Source: Chiloscyllium plagiosum (taxonomy: Eukaryota). From it: 38,193 bases of DNA. Below the pieces are notes generated by a model. The model was not told the origin of the DNA. It saw only the letters and a program-made list of their open reading frames with translations, and searched no databases. How positions within the stretch are numbered: position 1 is the stretch's first letter; each line of letters begins with the position of its first letter. The position numbers were made by a program, and so were the translations under genes. The stretch lies in contig NC_057751.1 in assembly GCF_004010195.1 (NCBI RefSeq), positions 3,845,866-3,884,058 on the forward strand. The letters run 5' to 3'. Shown here piece by piece: positions 21,078 to 32,810 of this stretch.

Positions 21078-22857
21078 TTAGATGGGAATATACTACTTCA
21101 AACACAAAGATCAACCACTGAGTTATTGAATGGTAGAACAGTTTCAATAGCCGATTATCGCTACTTCTGCTCCTACTTTGTATGTCTGTATTGCTTTCCT
21201 GAGGCAGACAAACCAAAGATAATGGTTTATCTTTCTGACCTTTTCATGATGCAAAATTACAATACAGTGGAACAAATTTACTTTGCATCTTGTGTACCTA
21301 ATATCACAACTGGAGATGTTTCTGTATCTGTAAGTAGCATACATCCGGAACTGTGCAAGCTGGGAAGATTACACATTCTGCCTGATGCATCATCAAGCAG
21401 TTTTGCAGTCAGTGAATGATGGCATGTTTAAAGAGATTCCAAAAGAATACATGCTGTAAAGGCCACAATGAGCTTCCTCTAAACATCTATGACCCTTTGG
21501 GTCCTGGTTAGTGGTTGTTGTTCTAGTTTCCTGAACTGAGCTTATATGAGTTGATCACCAAATTAAGAATGCAAATATAAATATGATAATCAGAGAAAGA
21601 CTGTTAGTACTGAGAGACACATGGCAAACTGTCTTCTTGAAAATGTTACACAATCAAGGTGTATTCCAGAGGAATAACTTAGTTTCCTTATTTATACATG
21701 AAATGTTTTCAATATTAATATGTTAATTTGACAAGAATTTCAAAGCTGCTCGTGCATTTTCCAAATAGGTCCCCTGAATGACTACAACTTGTCGTATTGC
21801 ACTTGAGCTTCTGACAAGCTCATCAAGACCAATGGATCCAAAATCTCTTTGACCTTAACAATAATAATTAATAGGGGTCCATATTTCTGCCGACAAGAAA
21901 TCCCACTTGTTTGAAAGATGGACTGACTGTACAATAAACTCAGTAAGAGATGTTAATTATCCGAGAATCAAAGAATGAACATTCCTGCTAGTCTCTCTTC
22001 CATTAGAGTTTGATATGATGGGATTTCAATCAACTGTACAATCTACTATGCTTCTCATAACCAACCCACCAACCTCACAACTTAACAGCGAGAGATAAAA
22101 ATAACCTTATATCCATGCTAACTTTGAAGACTTTGAAGAAGTTGCATCTTCAGACTCCAGTATTGTTTCCAACTGTTGCAAGGATCACATTCGGCCTTTG
22201 GGCCCGGCTGACAGTTTGGTTCCACTGCTGACAATTCAGCCACAATTGTCTATAAATCAACTTAATGCAAACTGATTCTCGTTGACTGGATAAATATGTC
22301 ATCCTAACTTAGAACTGAGTTTACCTGGTTAAATTCAGGAAGCAAATACGACCAAATCCAGTTTTGTTTAATTTGAATTTGAAGTTGAATTAATTGTTCA
22401 TCCCTTTAGCTGTGCACTATTTCAGTTGATGGCACTCTTTTAATTGCACAATTGGTACAAACAGAACCTGATACTCATTATCAGTCAGTGAATGCAATCA
22501 AGTGAATAAAACATAAATCTTGAAGAATATATTTGTAATAAGCCCAGTTGTGATTGCAGTCATATGACAGCACTACCTGTCTACTGTACTTTCTTTATGC
22601 AATATGTTTGCTGTTTTCAACAATGAGGCTTATAATAAAGTGTTATGTAAAAAGATGACTCACCAAAACTGCTCTTTATTCTAAGCCTCCTCTTCAATAT
22701 TCAGAATTATCATCTATTCACAGTCATTGTTAAAGACATCAGGTGCAGAAAAAAAGACTTTGATCAAGAAAATTCAATGTACAATACTCAAAAACCTGGT
22801 CACTAAAAGGAGAGATCAAATGGTCTTGATCACTGATTAACACACTTTTTCAAGCTA

Positions 22858-23013
22858 TGATTTGGAGATGCTGTTGTTTGACTGGGGTGTACAAAGTAAA
22901 ACATCACACAACACCAGGTTATAGTCCAACAGATTTAATTAGAAGCAGTGCTCCAAAAGCTTGTGCTTCTAATTAAACCTGTAGGACTACAACCTGCTGT
23001 TGTGTGATTTTTA
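22858..23013. mobile_element. Fold-back PLE terminal fragment (family of 15012-15102) with a 14-bp TSD
   Basis: atcacacaacaccaggttatagtccaacagatttaattagaagca pairs with tgcttctaattaaacctgtaggactacaacctgctgttgtgtgat. The centre gctccaaaagcttgtg is the 3' half of the HHR. actttttcaagcta at 22844-22857 versus actttttcaggcta at 23014-23027. Confidence 0.85.
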
Positions 23014-23877
23014 ACTTTTTCAGGCTAGTTCAACCAAAAAGGATGTTAGTTTCTCGGTACCCACAAGTTGCAGAAACTGTTGCAAAACACATGGACGTGG
23101 GGAAATCAGTACAAAACTCTGGAAAAGATCATTTTGACCAGATGACTTTGTGTGCCTTGAAAACAAAAAGCCCTACTGCAGTTAGTCCCCCAAAAATGTT
23201 TCCAATATGTATACTGGTGACTGCCCAATATAAGGTATATACATAACACCTATATTTTTCTAATTCAGAGCATTGTGCAAAAAGGCAATGTTAAATAACT
23301 AAAATGTGCTGCAGTTAATTGAGGAAGCAGGTGATGTTATTCTAAAATTTTCATGTGTCGCAGTTACATAGGCATATAATATATCTCAGAGTTGTTCAAC
23401 AGGTCGCCCGTAGGTCACAACAGAATACTGCAAGGACAAACAAGATTTGGTTAAAAACTAATGGAACTGGAAGATTTTGAAAGCAGTGTTCCTCCAATAA
23501 AAGAGTGCTTCCCTCCTGCATTTACCTCTGATAGGATCACTTGTAAGCCTATCAGCAGCAAATGAGAAACACACTGTTCTTGGAAGAGCAATGAGCATCA
23601 CAACATGAGTGTTTTCACTCAACCTCAGGCCTGGGGCTGGAACCGACAGTCTGGGGGACAGGATTCCAGGGAAATGGTAAATAATGATTGAGATATGCAG
23701 AGAGATCAGGTAGCTTACAATCAAAGGAGTAGACTAGGAGGTCAGAAGCAGCAGTGCTCGTAGCTACAACACAGCCTGGACGGCTGGAGTGTTAGACTGG
23801 ACATGCATTGGCACCTTCACATCTGTCTCGCTCCAAACAGTGGTAACTGGGTGCCTGGGTGAGTAAGTGATTCTCAG

Positions 23878-24075
23878 AAACACAGAAAATAGATGTGGGA
23901 GAAGGCCATTTGGCCCGTCAAGCTTGCAGAACCATTCAATATGACCAAGGTTGATCATGCAATTTCAGTAACCCACTCCCACTTTGTCTACACACCCCTT
24001 GATCCCCTTAACTGTAAAGGCCACATCCAGGTGCCTCTTGATTATATCTAACAAACTTGTCCCAACAGCTTCCTG
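23878..24075 (-). mobile_element. CR1 LINE 3' end
   Basis: aggccatttggcccgtcaagcttgc...ccattcaatatgacc...ccccttgatcccctta...tctcttg-type antisense tail. Confidence 0.8.
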
Positions 24076-24089
24076 TAGCACTGACTGAC

Positions 24090-24296
24090 AGAAAACAAAT
24101 GGTTCATTTGTTTTATGTCAATCACTGACAGTTGCTTAGTCGTGCTTATTAGGATTAGCTTTCAATTCTAGATTTATAATGAAAATTAAATTCCACTAGC
24201 TGCCATGGTGAAATTCGAATCCATATCCTCACAGCATGAACCTGGTTCTCTGAATCAGTCTTTCAGTGACATTATGAGGAAGCCACCACATCTCCT
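24090..24296 (-). mobile_element. SINE 5' fragment (family of 11010 and 35331)
   Basis: ttaaattccactagctgccatggtgaaattcgaatcc...cctggttctctgaat...cagtgacatta...gccacc. Confidence 0.65.
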
Positions 24297-24559
24297 TAAT
24301 ATGTGCATTTACATATTAAAACATGAAAATTACATTTTGTAAAAGATGCCACTTCAGAAAAGTGGATCATGTATTTTAAACAGAATGTTCCACACAGATC
24401 ATTGTGATATGACCTGCAGTCATTTATGATTACAAAAATAAGAATTTTGATATCACTTATAACACAAGTTTAAACATTTTCTGTTAGATTGTTGCAATAA
24501 CTTGCTGCATAGAAATAGGCCAATCAATCCAAATAATCTTCATAAAATTTAAGATAATC

Positions 24560-24790
24560 ACTCATAAATCCAGTTAGGAGTTCAGGAGAAATGTCTTCTT
24601 CCAGAATGGTCAGAACACTAAATTTGCTGTCATGAGTGGTTCAGCCAATGAGCACAGAGGTAGTGAAGGAAAATCAAGATAAATGGATGAGAACAGAAGG
24701 ATATATTGAAAGGGGAGGATGAAGAAGGTGGCAGAAGGACTGTTTAGAACACAAACATTGCTGGTTTGTGTAATGGAAGTTGTATCTCAC
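24560..24790 (+). mobile_element. Old CR1 3' fragment
   Basis: ggagttcaggagaaatgtcttcttccagaatggtcagaa...agataaatggatgag...aaggatat. Confidence 0.6.
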
Positions 24791-24986
24791 ATAGTTTATC
24801 ACTGAAGATGGTATTTATGAATTCTCAAAAGACCAATCCACACTTTAGTTGCAGCTTGAGGCCCATGGCTGTATTGCACCTTGAAATGAAAATCTTCTGA
24901 AACATCTAATCTCACATGTACTTAGCTTCCTTTTATGATTCAAGCATGTGGTTGACTATTTCACTTTTCAGGGATGTTAGAAATCT

Positions 24987-25092
24987 TTTTTCATTCACTC
25001 ATGGAATGTGGGGGTCGCAGGCTCAGCCAGTATTTATTGCCCAATTCGAGACACCCTTGGAAGGTTGATGGTGAACTGCCATCTTGAACTGT
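24987..25092 (-). mobile_element. LINE 3' tail fragment (tail shared with the second SINE family and 26650-27625)
   Basis: tttttcattcactcatggaatgtgggggtcgcaggctcagccagtatttattgccc...cccttggaaggttgatggtgaactgccatcttgaac. Confidence 0.65.
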
Positions 25093-25097
25093 AGTGC

Positions 25098-25328
25098 TGG
25101 TAACAAGGTCAGCCAGGTGGATCTCATCGAATCTGAGTTCCCCAATTAGGGCTGTTAACCTGGTTTAATCCGGAAGCCCTGGCTGACAGATAGAAACAGG
25201 AGTGTCAGAACTTCTGTTCACTCTGAAAGTTGGCTCTGACAGAGCTGGATCAGTGTCAAGTTCCTCTCCACATGTAAATAATGGATGACTTGATGACGGG
25301 ATACCAGCCCCTGTGGAGCTGTTTTCCA
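25098..25328 (+). mobile_element. Short (~230 bp) probable solo LTR
   Basis: Starts tg(g)taacaaggtcagccagg and ends gttttcca. Degenerate TATA-like gatagaaa and polyA-like aaataat motifs in LTR order. Recognised from recall of a common shark repeat, not from a search. Confidence 0.5.
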
Positions 25329-25984
25329 TATGCTGTAGGTTGACTCATAATGCCAACAGGGATGGAATTCCAGGATTCTATCCCAACAATCCTGAAGAAA
25401 CACTAACATATCCCCAAATGAGGATGGTGAGTGGCACAGCACAAAACCACAGCCTAATGAGCATTAAAAGCTATTCAAACCAACATCTGTCTATCAATTA
25501 TTATTAACAGATTGTTCTGTACTAATCACTGCTTTATGAGTTGTACTTACTCATGATAGTAAAAAAAAATCTGTATCATTTATAACATAGTCATGTCTAC
25601 TCCACACAGATGAAACTTGGGAATTTATTTAACAGCAGCTTCAATGGATGAAAACACATTACATTTCATTCTATTCTGCTTTTCCAAATGCTCCAGCTTT
25701 GCAGCCCTTTAACTTGGCTGGTGACAGAACAGTTGTAAATTTGTAAAAGGTTCAAGCATCCAAAAACATACATTCCCAAATTATAAGGATGCTTACCATC
25801 AGGCAAGCCAACATGGAATTATCCATGTTCTGTGAGAACCAACTTTGTAGGCCAACTCAGAACCCCAACCACTTGAGAGATTGCTGTTAAACTGTTTTAA
25901 CTGGCCTGATGAGAAGAAGTGTTATTCTTGTCTCACCCTTCACCTGTACTCCTGGTGATGTACTTCATTTGTGGATATTGGCTG

Positions 25985-26395
25985 AAAAAGTTCGGACTGT
26001 TGTCCTCGAAGAGAAGCTGAGAGAAGATATCACAAAAACATTCAGAATTATAAGAGTTCTGGACACAGGCAACAGGAATAAACTGTCAAGGGCCCAGGAA
26101 TAAGAGGGCACAAATTTCAAATGATTGGCAAAAGACACAGAAGCAAAACTGGCAAGAAGAAAAGCCCTTCGACACAAAAAGTGGTAAAGCTCTTTAATGT
26201 CCTGCCTCAGGGTGTGCTGAAGGCAGACTCAATTGAAGCATTCAAAAGGGAATTGTTATCTGAAAAGGAAACATGTGCAGGGTTATGGCGAAAAGATGGA
26301 AGAATGGCACAATGCAAATTGTTCATTTGGACAGCCAGTGCAGACATGATGGGCCAAATGATCATCTTCTGCGGATGAAAAATTGTGTGATTCTA
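25985..26395 (+). mobile_element. CR1 LINE 3' fragment
   Basis: LEEKLREDITKTFRIIRVLD..., ataagagggcacaaatttcaaatgattggcaaaaga, VVKLFNVLPQGVLKADSIEAFKREL. Confidence 0.85.
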
Positions 26396-26649
26396 AGATT
26401 GCAGCTAACTCTGGGCTTTTTATGGCTATTCTTCCCTCCATTCAGATTTTCAGCTGGGTTGGGAAGGGCCTTGAAAATTCAACACAAAATACAATCTAAC
26501 GAAATTTATACATGTGTTCATACACGATCTCCAGTTTTAGTTCAATTCATCTCACTTAAAACTTTGGAGGGAATGACAGATATTCACCACCTGTGATGTT
26601 GGTGAGTTTTTGATTTTATTTTTTGGATTCAATTGTTCAATTGTTGGAT

Positions 26650-27625
26650 GCAGACTCGGCCAGCATTCATTGTCCAACCTTAACTGCCCTGGAGAAGGCA
26701 GAGGTATGTTGTCTTCTTAAACCACTGTCGTCCTTCGGATCCAAGGAGAAGGGATAGACATGCTGTGAGGAAGGGAGTTCCAGAATTGTGATCCAGCAAC
26801 AGTGAAACAACAGTCGTATCATTCCAAGTCAGGAAGGTGTATGTGGCTTGGACGGCAAGTTACAGATCCTGCATTTGCTTCCCTTGTTCTTCCAGATGGC
26901 AGAGGTTTGGGGTTTAGACAGTGCTCTCGAAGGGGCTGTAATGCATCTTGTAGATGGTATACACTGCTGCCACTGTGCCTCAGTGTTGAAGGAAATGGGT
27001 GTTCACAATGGTGCATCGGCTTGACACTCAAGTGTCTGCTTTGACCTGGATAATGTTGAGCTTCTTGAACATTGTGGGAGCTGCAGGCAAGTGGAACTTG
27101 TTGATGGTGGTGCAGTCACTGAGGATAGAGATGAGTTGCACACAACAGAATCCCAAGCTTCTGACCTGCTCTGTAGCCACAGTTCAGGTTTTGGTCAGTG
27201 GTAACCCTTCGGACATTGATGGGAAGTGATTCAAGGATGGTAATTCTTTAGAACGTCAAGGAGCAATAGTCAGATTCTCTCTTATCAAAGATGGCCATTG
27301 CCAAACACTTGTGTGATATGAATGTTACTGTTCATTTAACAGCCTGGGTGTCGTCCATGTCTTGCTGCATTTTTCGCAGACTGCTGCAGGAACTGAGGGG
27401 TAATGAATCAATGTGATCAACATTGTCCAATCAATGGTGAACATCCCCTTTTGACGGTTTGATGGAGGGAAGGTCATTCATGAAGCAGCTGAAGTAAGTT
27501 GGGCCCAGAACACTAGCCTGATGAACTCCTGCAGATATACCCTCAAGGTGAGACGACTGACGTTTAAAGATCACAACAATTTTCCATTGTGCTTGGTATG
27601 ACTCCAATCAGCACAAAGCCTTCCC
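26650..27625 (-). mobile_element. CR1/L2-group LINE 3' fragment (RT and tail), decayed
   Basis: Antisense atatctgcaggagttcatcaggctagtgttctgggcccaacttacttcagctgcttcatgaatgaccttccctccatc translates to ISAGVHQASVLGPTYFSCFMNDLPSI. The tail is shared with 24987-25092. Confidence 0.85.
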
Positions 27626-28496
27626 TACTTGTATCATTATGATAACCAGCTCAGAAATGATAGTGTAGGCAGGTAGGTGTTTTGATCAGAGGAGATCATC
27701 TCAAAGTCATATGATCCTCACAGAAGCAAAATTACACTGCAGCTTTGGACCTGCATTGCAGTGGAGGCAAATATATTTATAGAACAAAGGCATTTAAATT
27801 GTAACTTCTAAATTATAAACAATTCAATTCCTGACAGCTACTTAATGTCTCAAATGTATATCGAAATGACACCAAATCATTTCATTTTCAGATTCTCCAT
27901 AAAACTTCACATGCTGTTTTCCAGAGCTTCATTAGAAATATAAAGCATCTTTAGGGCACATTACTTTGTATGGGCATTACTTAAATGTCTTGCAAAGACA
28001 ATGTTGTCGAGATGTTTAAATGGAATGGACTTTTAGTTCAATTTAGTCCAAACATGATAAATGTGAAGTAGTACTTATTGGATGAATAGGCAGTATTCTT
28101 TTTTTCAGAAACAATAAATCCCTGTGAAGTGACAAAATTGAGGTATTTAAAAGTCATCAATATCAATTGGATGTGAAAACTCTGAACCTCACAGGACGAA
28201 GGTTGTACCAGCTTGTGGATCTTTTAGCACTCAGGACAAAATAAAATCAAGTGGCCTATCCGAGATTAAATTGAAATAATAAAAGATGTAAGCAATAAAG
28301 TTTTAAGAATGTGTAAGCAAAATGCCAAATGCAATAATGAGTGCAGTCTGTCGCTGAGAACTGCTGTGTGGTCGTATTGTCCCAGTATGTCCAGATATGT
28401 CTAGATTTCCTTTAACTGAATATCAAATGGAATATATTCAATAATGCCTGTCTTTTGGCAGTTAGATTTTGAACATCCAACCTTTATATGAGAAAT

Positions 28497-28737
28497 TTGT
28501 AGCTCAGGTTTGCTCGCAGAGCTGGAAGGTTCATTTCCATACGTTTCGTCACCCGACAAGGTAACATCTTCAGTGGGCCTCTGGATGAAGCACTGCTGAT
28601 AATTCCTGCTTTCTATTTATATGTTTGGGTTTCTTTGGGTTGGTGATGTCATTTCCTGTTCTTTTTCTCAGGGGTAGATGGGATCGAACTCGATGTGTTT
28701 GTTGACACAGTTCTGGTTGGAATGCCGTGCTTCTGGG
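28497..28737 (-). mobile_element. Penelope-like element 3' end (different subfamily)
   Basis: Antisense FPEARHSNQNCVNKHIEFDPIY, a PLE endonuclease C-terminus, followed by the UTR, HHR and terminal ccagctctgcgagcaaacctgagctacaaa. Confidence 0.85.
28537..28576 (-). ncRNA. Minimal type-I hammerhead ribozyme motif, intact core
   Basis: Minus strand reads cca-CTGAAGA-T-gttacc-ttgtcg-ggtgac-GAAACGTA-tgg: 3-bp stem I, 6-bp stem II with one G-U pair, palindromic ACGU, GUA triplet. Confidence 0.8.
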
Positions 28738-28744
28738 AAGCCAG

Positions 28745-29185
28745 ACAGAGACATGCATGAGAATTCCTGTTCTGCCCTTCAATAAGATCAGCTGACCAGT
28801 TTATGTTTTGAATTCCATATTCCAAACTACCTCTTCACTAACTTAAGATTCCTTTGCTTAACAGAAATCTGTCTCCCTCTCTATTACAACTTTGATGACT
28901 CTGCTTCTTCTGCATTCTGAGGCAGAGTTTCACTGTTTTACAACCCTCAAAGAGAAGATGTTTCGCCTCTACCGGTCATAAAAAAAAGACCCCTAATTTT
29001 TAAACAATGTCCTTGGTTCTGGACTCACCCACAAAAAAGAAACATTTGGTCCTCCTCCACCTTGTCAAGACATTCACGATCTCATATACTTCAATCAAGT
29101 CATCCTTCACTCTTCTAAACTCCAATGGAAACAAGACCAATCAGTCCAATCTTTCGTCAAAAGACAACCCACTCATTCCAGGCAG
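28745..29185 (-). mobile_element. CR1 LINE 3' fragment
   Basis: ccctaatttttaaacaatgtccttggttctggactc...atacttcaatcaagtcatccttcactcttctaaactccaatgga...cccactcattccagg is the antisense of the CR1 C-terminus. Confidence 0.8.
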
Positions 29186-29334
29186 TCAAAAACAAAGAAT
29201 CAGACAGGAAATGCAGGAGTCTCCTAGGATCCCTCCCATAACTGGTTTTGAAAGCTTATGAGGGCACTGGTTCCTCAAGAGGTGCAGATTGAGTCAGGCT
29301 TCTGGCACCACAAATGCCTGACTGCAAAGCAAGA

Positions 29335-30541
29335 AGGGTAGGTCGTGCCTCACAAACCTTATTGAGTCCTTCAAGGTGGTGACCAAACACATGGATGAGG
29401 TTAAAGCAGTTGATGTGGTGTATACAGATTACAGTAAGGCGTTTGATAAGGTTGCCCGTGGTAGGCTATTGCAGAAAATGCAAAGGCATGGATCAGAAAC
29501 TGGCAAGCTCTAAGAAGACACAGGGTAGTGGTCGATGGGAAACGTTCATCCTGGAGTTCAGTTACTAGTGGTGTCCCACAAGGATCTCTTTTGGGGCCAT
29601 TGCTGTTTGTCATTTTTATAAATACCCTGGATGAAGGTGTAGAAGGGTAAGTTACTAAATGTGTGGATGACACTCAAGTCGAAGGAGCTGTGGACAGTGC
29701 AGAAGGATGTTGCAAGTTACAGAGGGATAGAGATAAGCTGCAGAGCTGGGCTGAGATGTGGCAAATGGAGTCTAATGCGAAAAAGTGTGAGGTGATTCAC
29801 TTTGGAAGTAGTAATAGGAATACACAGTATTGAGCTAATGGTCAGATTCTTGGTAGTGTGGATGAGCAGAGAGATCTCAGTGTCAATGTGCATAGATCCC
29901 TGAAAGTTGTCACCCAGGTTGATAGGGTTTTAAGAAGACATAGTGTGTTAGCTTTTATTGGTAAAGTGACTGAGTTTCGGAGCCATAAGGTCATGTTGCA
30001 GCTGTACAAAACCTGGTGCGGATGCACTCGGGAGTATTGCATACAGTTCTGGTCACCGCATTATAGAAAGGATGTGGAAGCACTGGAAAGGGTGCAGAGG
30101 AGAGTTACTAGTATGTTGCCTGGTATGGAGGGAAGGTCTTATGACGAAGGGCTGAGGGACTCGAGGCTGTTTTTGTTGGAGAGAAGTTAAGAGGTGACTT
30201 AATAGAGGCATACAAGATGATCAGAGGATTAGACAGGGTGGACCATGAGAGCTTTTTTCCTCGGATGGTGATGGCTAGCACAAGAGGACATAGCTTTAAA
30301 TTGAGGGGTGATAGATATCGAACAGATGTCAGAGGTAATTCTTTACTCAGAGAGTAGAAGGGGCATGGAATGCCACAGTCGTGGACTCGCCAACATTAAG
30401 GGCATTGAAATGGTTACTAGGTAAACATATGGATGATAATGGAATAGTGTAGGTTAGATGGGCTTGAGATGAGTTACACGGGTTGGTGCAACATCAAGTG
30501 CCAAAGGGCCTGCACTGCACTGTAATGTTCTATGTTCTATG
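29335..30541 (+). mobile_element. CR1 LINE, 5'-truncated RT and 3' end
   Basis: [75 protein letters not shown]. Tail (tgttcta)n. Confidence 0.93.
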
Positions 30542-30544
30542 AAG

Positions 30545-32310
30545 AGAGGATGAAGAAAGCAAGACTGAGAGTGAGAGGGGCTTCATTAGTTAGAAGAACA
30601 GGCAGTCATCTTTGCGGCTGCAGATGTGGCTCCTGGATAGTGTGTTGCTTCCCTGGTCTCAGGGTTAGGGATGTCACTGAGCAGTTGCAGGGCATCCTAA
30701 AGGGAGAGGATCTCAAGATACAAGTCATGGTACACATTGGTACCAATGTTATAGATAGGATGAAGGATGAGATCTTGCATCAAGAATTTAAGGAGTAATG
30801 TAGTAGACTAAGGAGCAGTGTCTCAAAGGCGGTAAAATTTGGATGACTATCTGTACCTAGGCAAGCAAATACAAAAATAAGAGATCACAGCAGATACATG
30901 TGCAGCTCAAGGATTGGACAAAAGGGAGGGCTTTAAATTCCTGCATCACTGACACTCTTTTTGAGGAAGGTGGGTCATATACAAGTGGGATGGTCTGCAT
31001 CTGAACTAGAATGGGGCAAACAGCCTTATGGTTTGCTCAAGCTGTTGGAAAGAATTTAAGCTGGTTTGGCTGGGGGAGAGGACATTGTTAGTACAATAGG
31101 GGCACAACACACTTGAATCAAGAAACCAAGGAACAGGGATTTCAGCCATGTTACGTTTCAGAGGCGTATGGAGGAGCTGGATGGCCTCTGCTCTGAGTAT
31201 TTTAGTGAAGAAATATGAGTTAAGGGTGTGGATTAATACATGGAATTGCGATGTTGTTGCCATGACAGAGATAGGTTTGAGGGAAGGACTGGACTGGCAA
31301 ATTAACATTCAGTCAGGACAGGAGAGGGGTTAAGAGAGAAATCAGGAATGATATATTCGAAGGGTTTTCAAATGAGAATAGAAAGGGGGCACTCACACTG
31401 TTACAAGTGTATTCTCAACCCCTAAATAGTTAGCGGGCAGTAGATACTGAGAATCATAATATAAAGGGTTGAGAGCGGGCAGATTTCTTGAAATAATTTA
31501 AGGCACAGGGAGTTCAGCCATTTGGTTTCCAGCTTTTAATAAAAAATTTGCACAAAGTCCAACAAAAGATGCTGACCTAATTCTGAGGAACAAAGCTGGA
31601 TAGGTGATCAAGATGGAACACTGGGAGAGCATTTTACTGATAGCAATCACTATACGTGTTTAATGATTAGATTAGATTAGATTACTAACAGTGTGGAAAT
31701 AGGCCCTTCGGCCCAACAAGTCCACACCGACCCTCCGAAAAGCAACCCACCCAGACCCATTCCCCGACATTTACCCCTTCACCTTACACTACGGGCAATT
31801 TAGCATGGCCAATTCACCTAACCTACACATCTTTGGACTGTGGGAGGAAACCGGAGCAGAGAAACCCACGCAGACACGGGGAGTGTATGTATCTTTAGTG
31901 AGTGTGTGTTTAGAGTCTGTACGTGTGTTTCATGTGTGTGCATGTTTAACACGTATCTGTGTGTTGCAAATGTAATGCAAATGCAGGGCCAGCATGTTTT
32001 CTTCTGGGTGAAGTGCAGGAGTAATAAGCCCTGACAACACTGGGTGTCTTGACAATATTTAGGACTGGAGAAAATAATAAGGAGAGACTCTTAACAGGTA
32101 CAAAGGGAGAAAATCATAGGAGATCATAGTGGGGGATGGGAGAATCCCAAGCTATTCTGTCCGAATATCAAGGGAAAGAGGATAACCATGCAAAGAGTGG
32201 GATTAAAGAAACAATCTGTAACCAAGGGAAGCAGGAAGACATTGTCAAGTTGTTAAATGAGTGTTTCACATCTGTCTTCAATTTGGACAGGAAGGTCGGA
32301 GGTACAGAAT
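30545..32310 (+). mobile_element. CR1 LINE 5' part: ORF1 SGNH-esterase remnant and ORF2 endonuclease/linker, decayed
   Basis: VCCFPGLRVRDVTEQLQGILKGE...VMVHIGTNVI and gatggtctgcatctgaac (DGLHLN), which are CR1 ORF1 esterase motifs. ELRVWINTWNCDVVAMTE is APE. LLNECFTSVF is the linker. Confidence 0.88.
31665..31882 (-). mobile_element. HE1-type SINE 3' half with (attag)n tail
   Basis: attagattagattagattac...aggcccttcggcccaacaagtccacaccgaccctccg...caatttagcatggccaattcacctaacc. Confidence 0.88.
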
Positions 32311-32810
32311 NNNNNNNNNNNNNNNNNNNNNNNNNNNNNNNNNNNNNNNNNNNNNNNNNNNNNNNNNNNNNNNNNNNNNNNNNNNNNNNNNNNNNNNNNN
32401 NNNNNNNNNNNNNNNNNNNNNNNNNNNNNNNNNNNNNNNNNNNNNNNNNNNNNNNNNNNNNNNNNNNNNNNNNNNNNNNNNNNNNNNNNNNNNNNNNNNN
32501 NNNNNNNNNNNNNNNNNNNNNNNNNNNNNNNNNNNNNNNNNNNNNNNNNNNNNNNNNNNNNNNNNNNNNNNNNNNNNNNNNNNNNNNNNNNNNNNNNNNN
32601 NNNNNNNNNNNNNNNNNNNNNNNNNNNNNNNNNNNNNNNNNNNNNNNNNNNNNNNNNNNNNNNNNNNNNNNNNNNNNNNNNNNNNNNNNNNNNNNNNNNN
32701 NNNNNNNNNNNNNNNNNNNNNNNNNNNNNNNNNNNNNNNNNNNNNNNNNNNNNNNNNNNNNNNNNNNNNNNNNNNNNNNNNNNNNNNNNNNNNNNNNNNN
32801 NNNNNNNNNN
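32311..32810. other. Assembly gap (500 N)
   Basis: Run of N bases. Confidence 1.

Larger units (their letters stand above)
13990..21190 (+). mobile_element. Old, near full-length CR1 ORF2 fragmented by nested insertions (host pieces at ~13990-14126, 15103-15623, 15948-16858, 17352-17562, 19466-19828, 20814-20861, 21078-21190)
   Basis: Collinear motifs: KAHYLN..(APE start), IAILEMWLQ..Q.., FKKNRQRGK, IVYRAPN, NMIPLFK, KAHSVKGNILAWIHNWL, AKFADDPKI, then the CR1 3' UTR. Confidence 0.8.

Noticed and set aside
21027..21419. 130-aa ORF
   Set aside because: Runs across a MITE end, a CR1 3' UTR and unique DNA, so it is a chimeric chance frame.
23461..23565. Short ATG ORF MELEDFESSVPPIKECFPPAFTSDRITCKPISSK
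   Set aside because: 34 codons with no homology I can recognise and no promoter or splice support.
25797..25885. Possible minus-strand exon ending at ATG|GTAAGC
   Set aside because: Poor polypyrimidine tract and stops in all frames. A single donor motif is insufficient.
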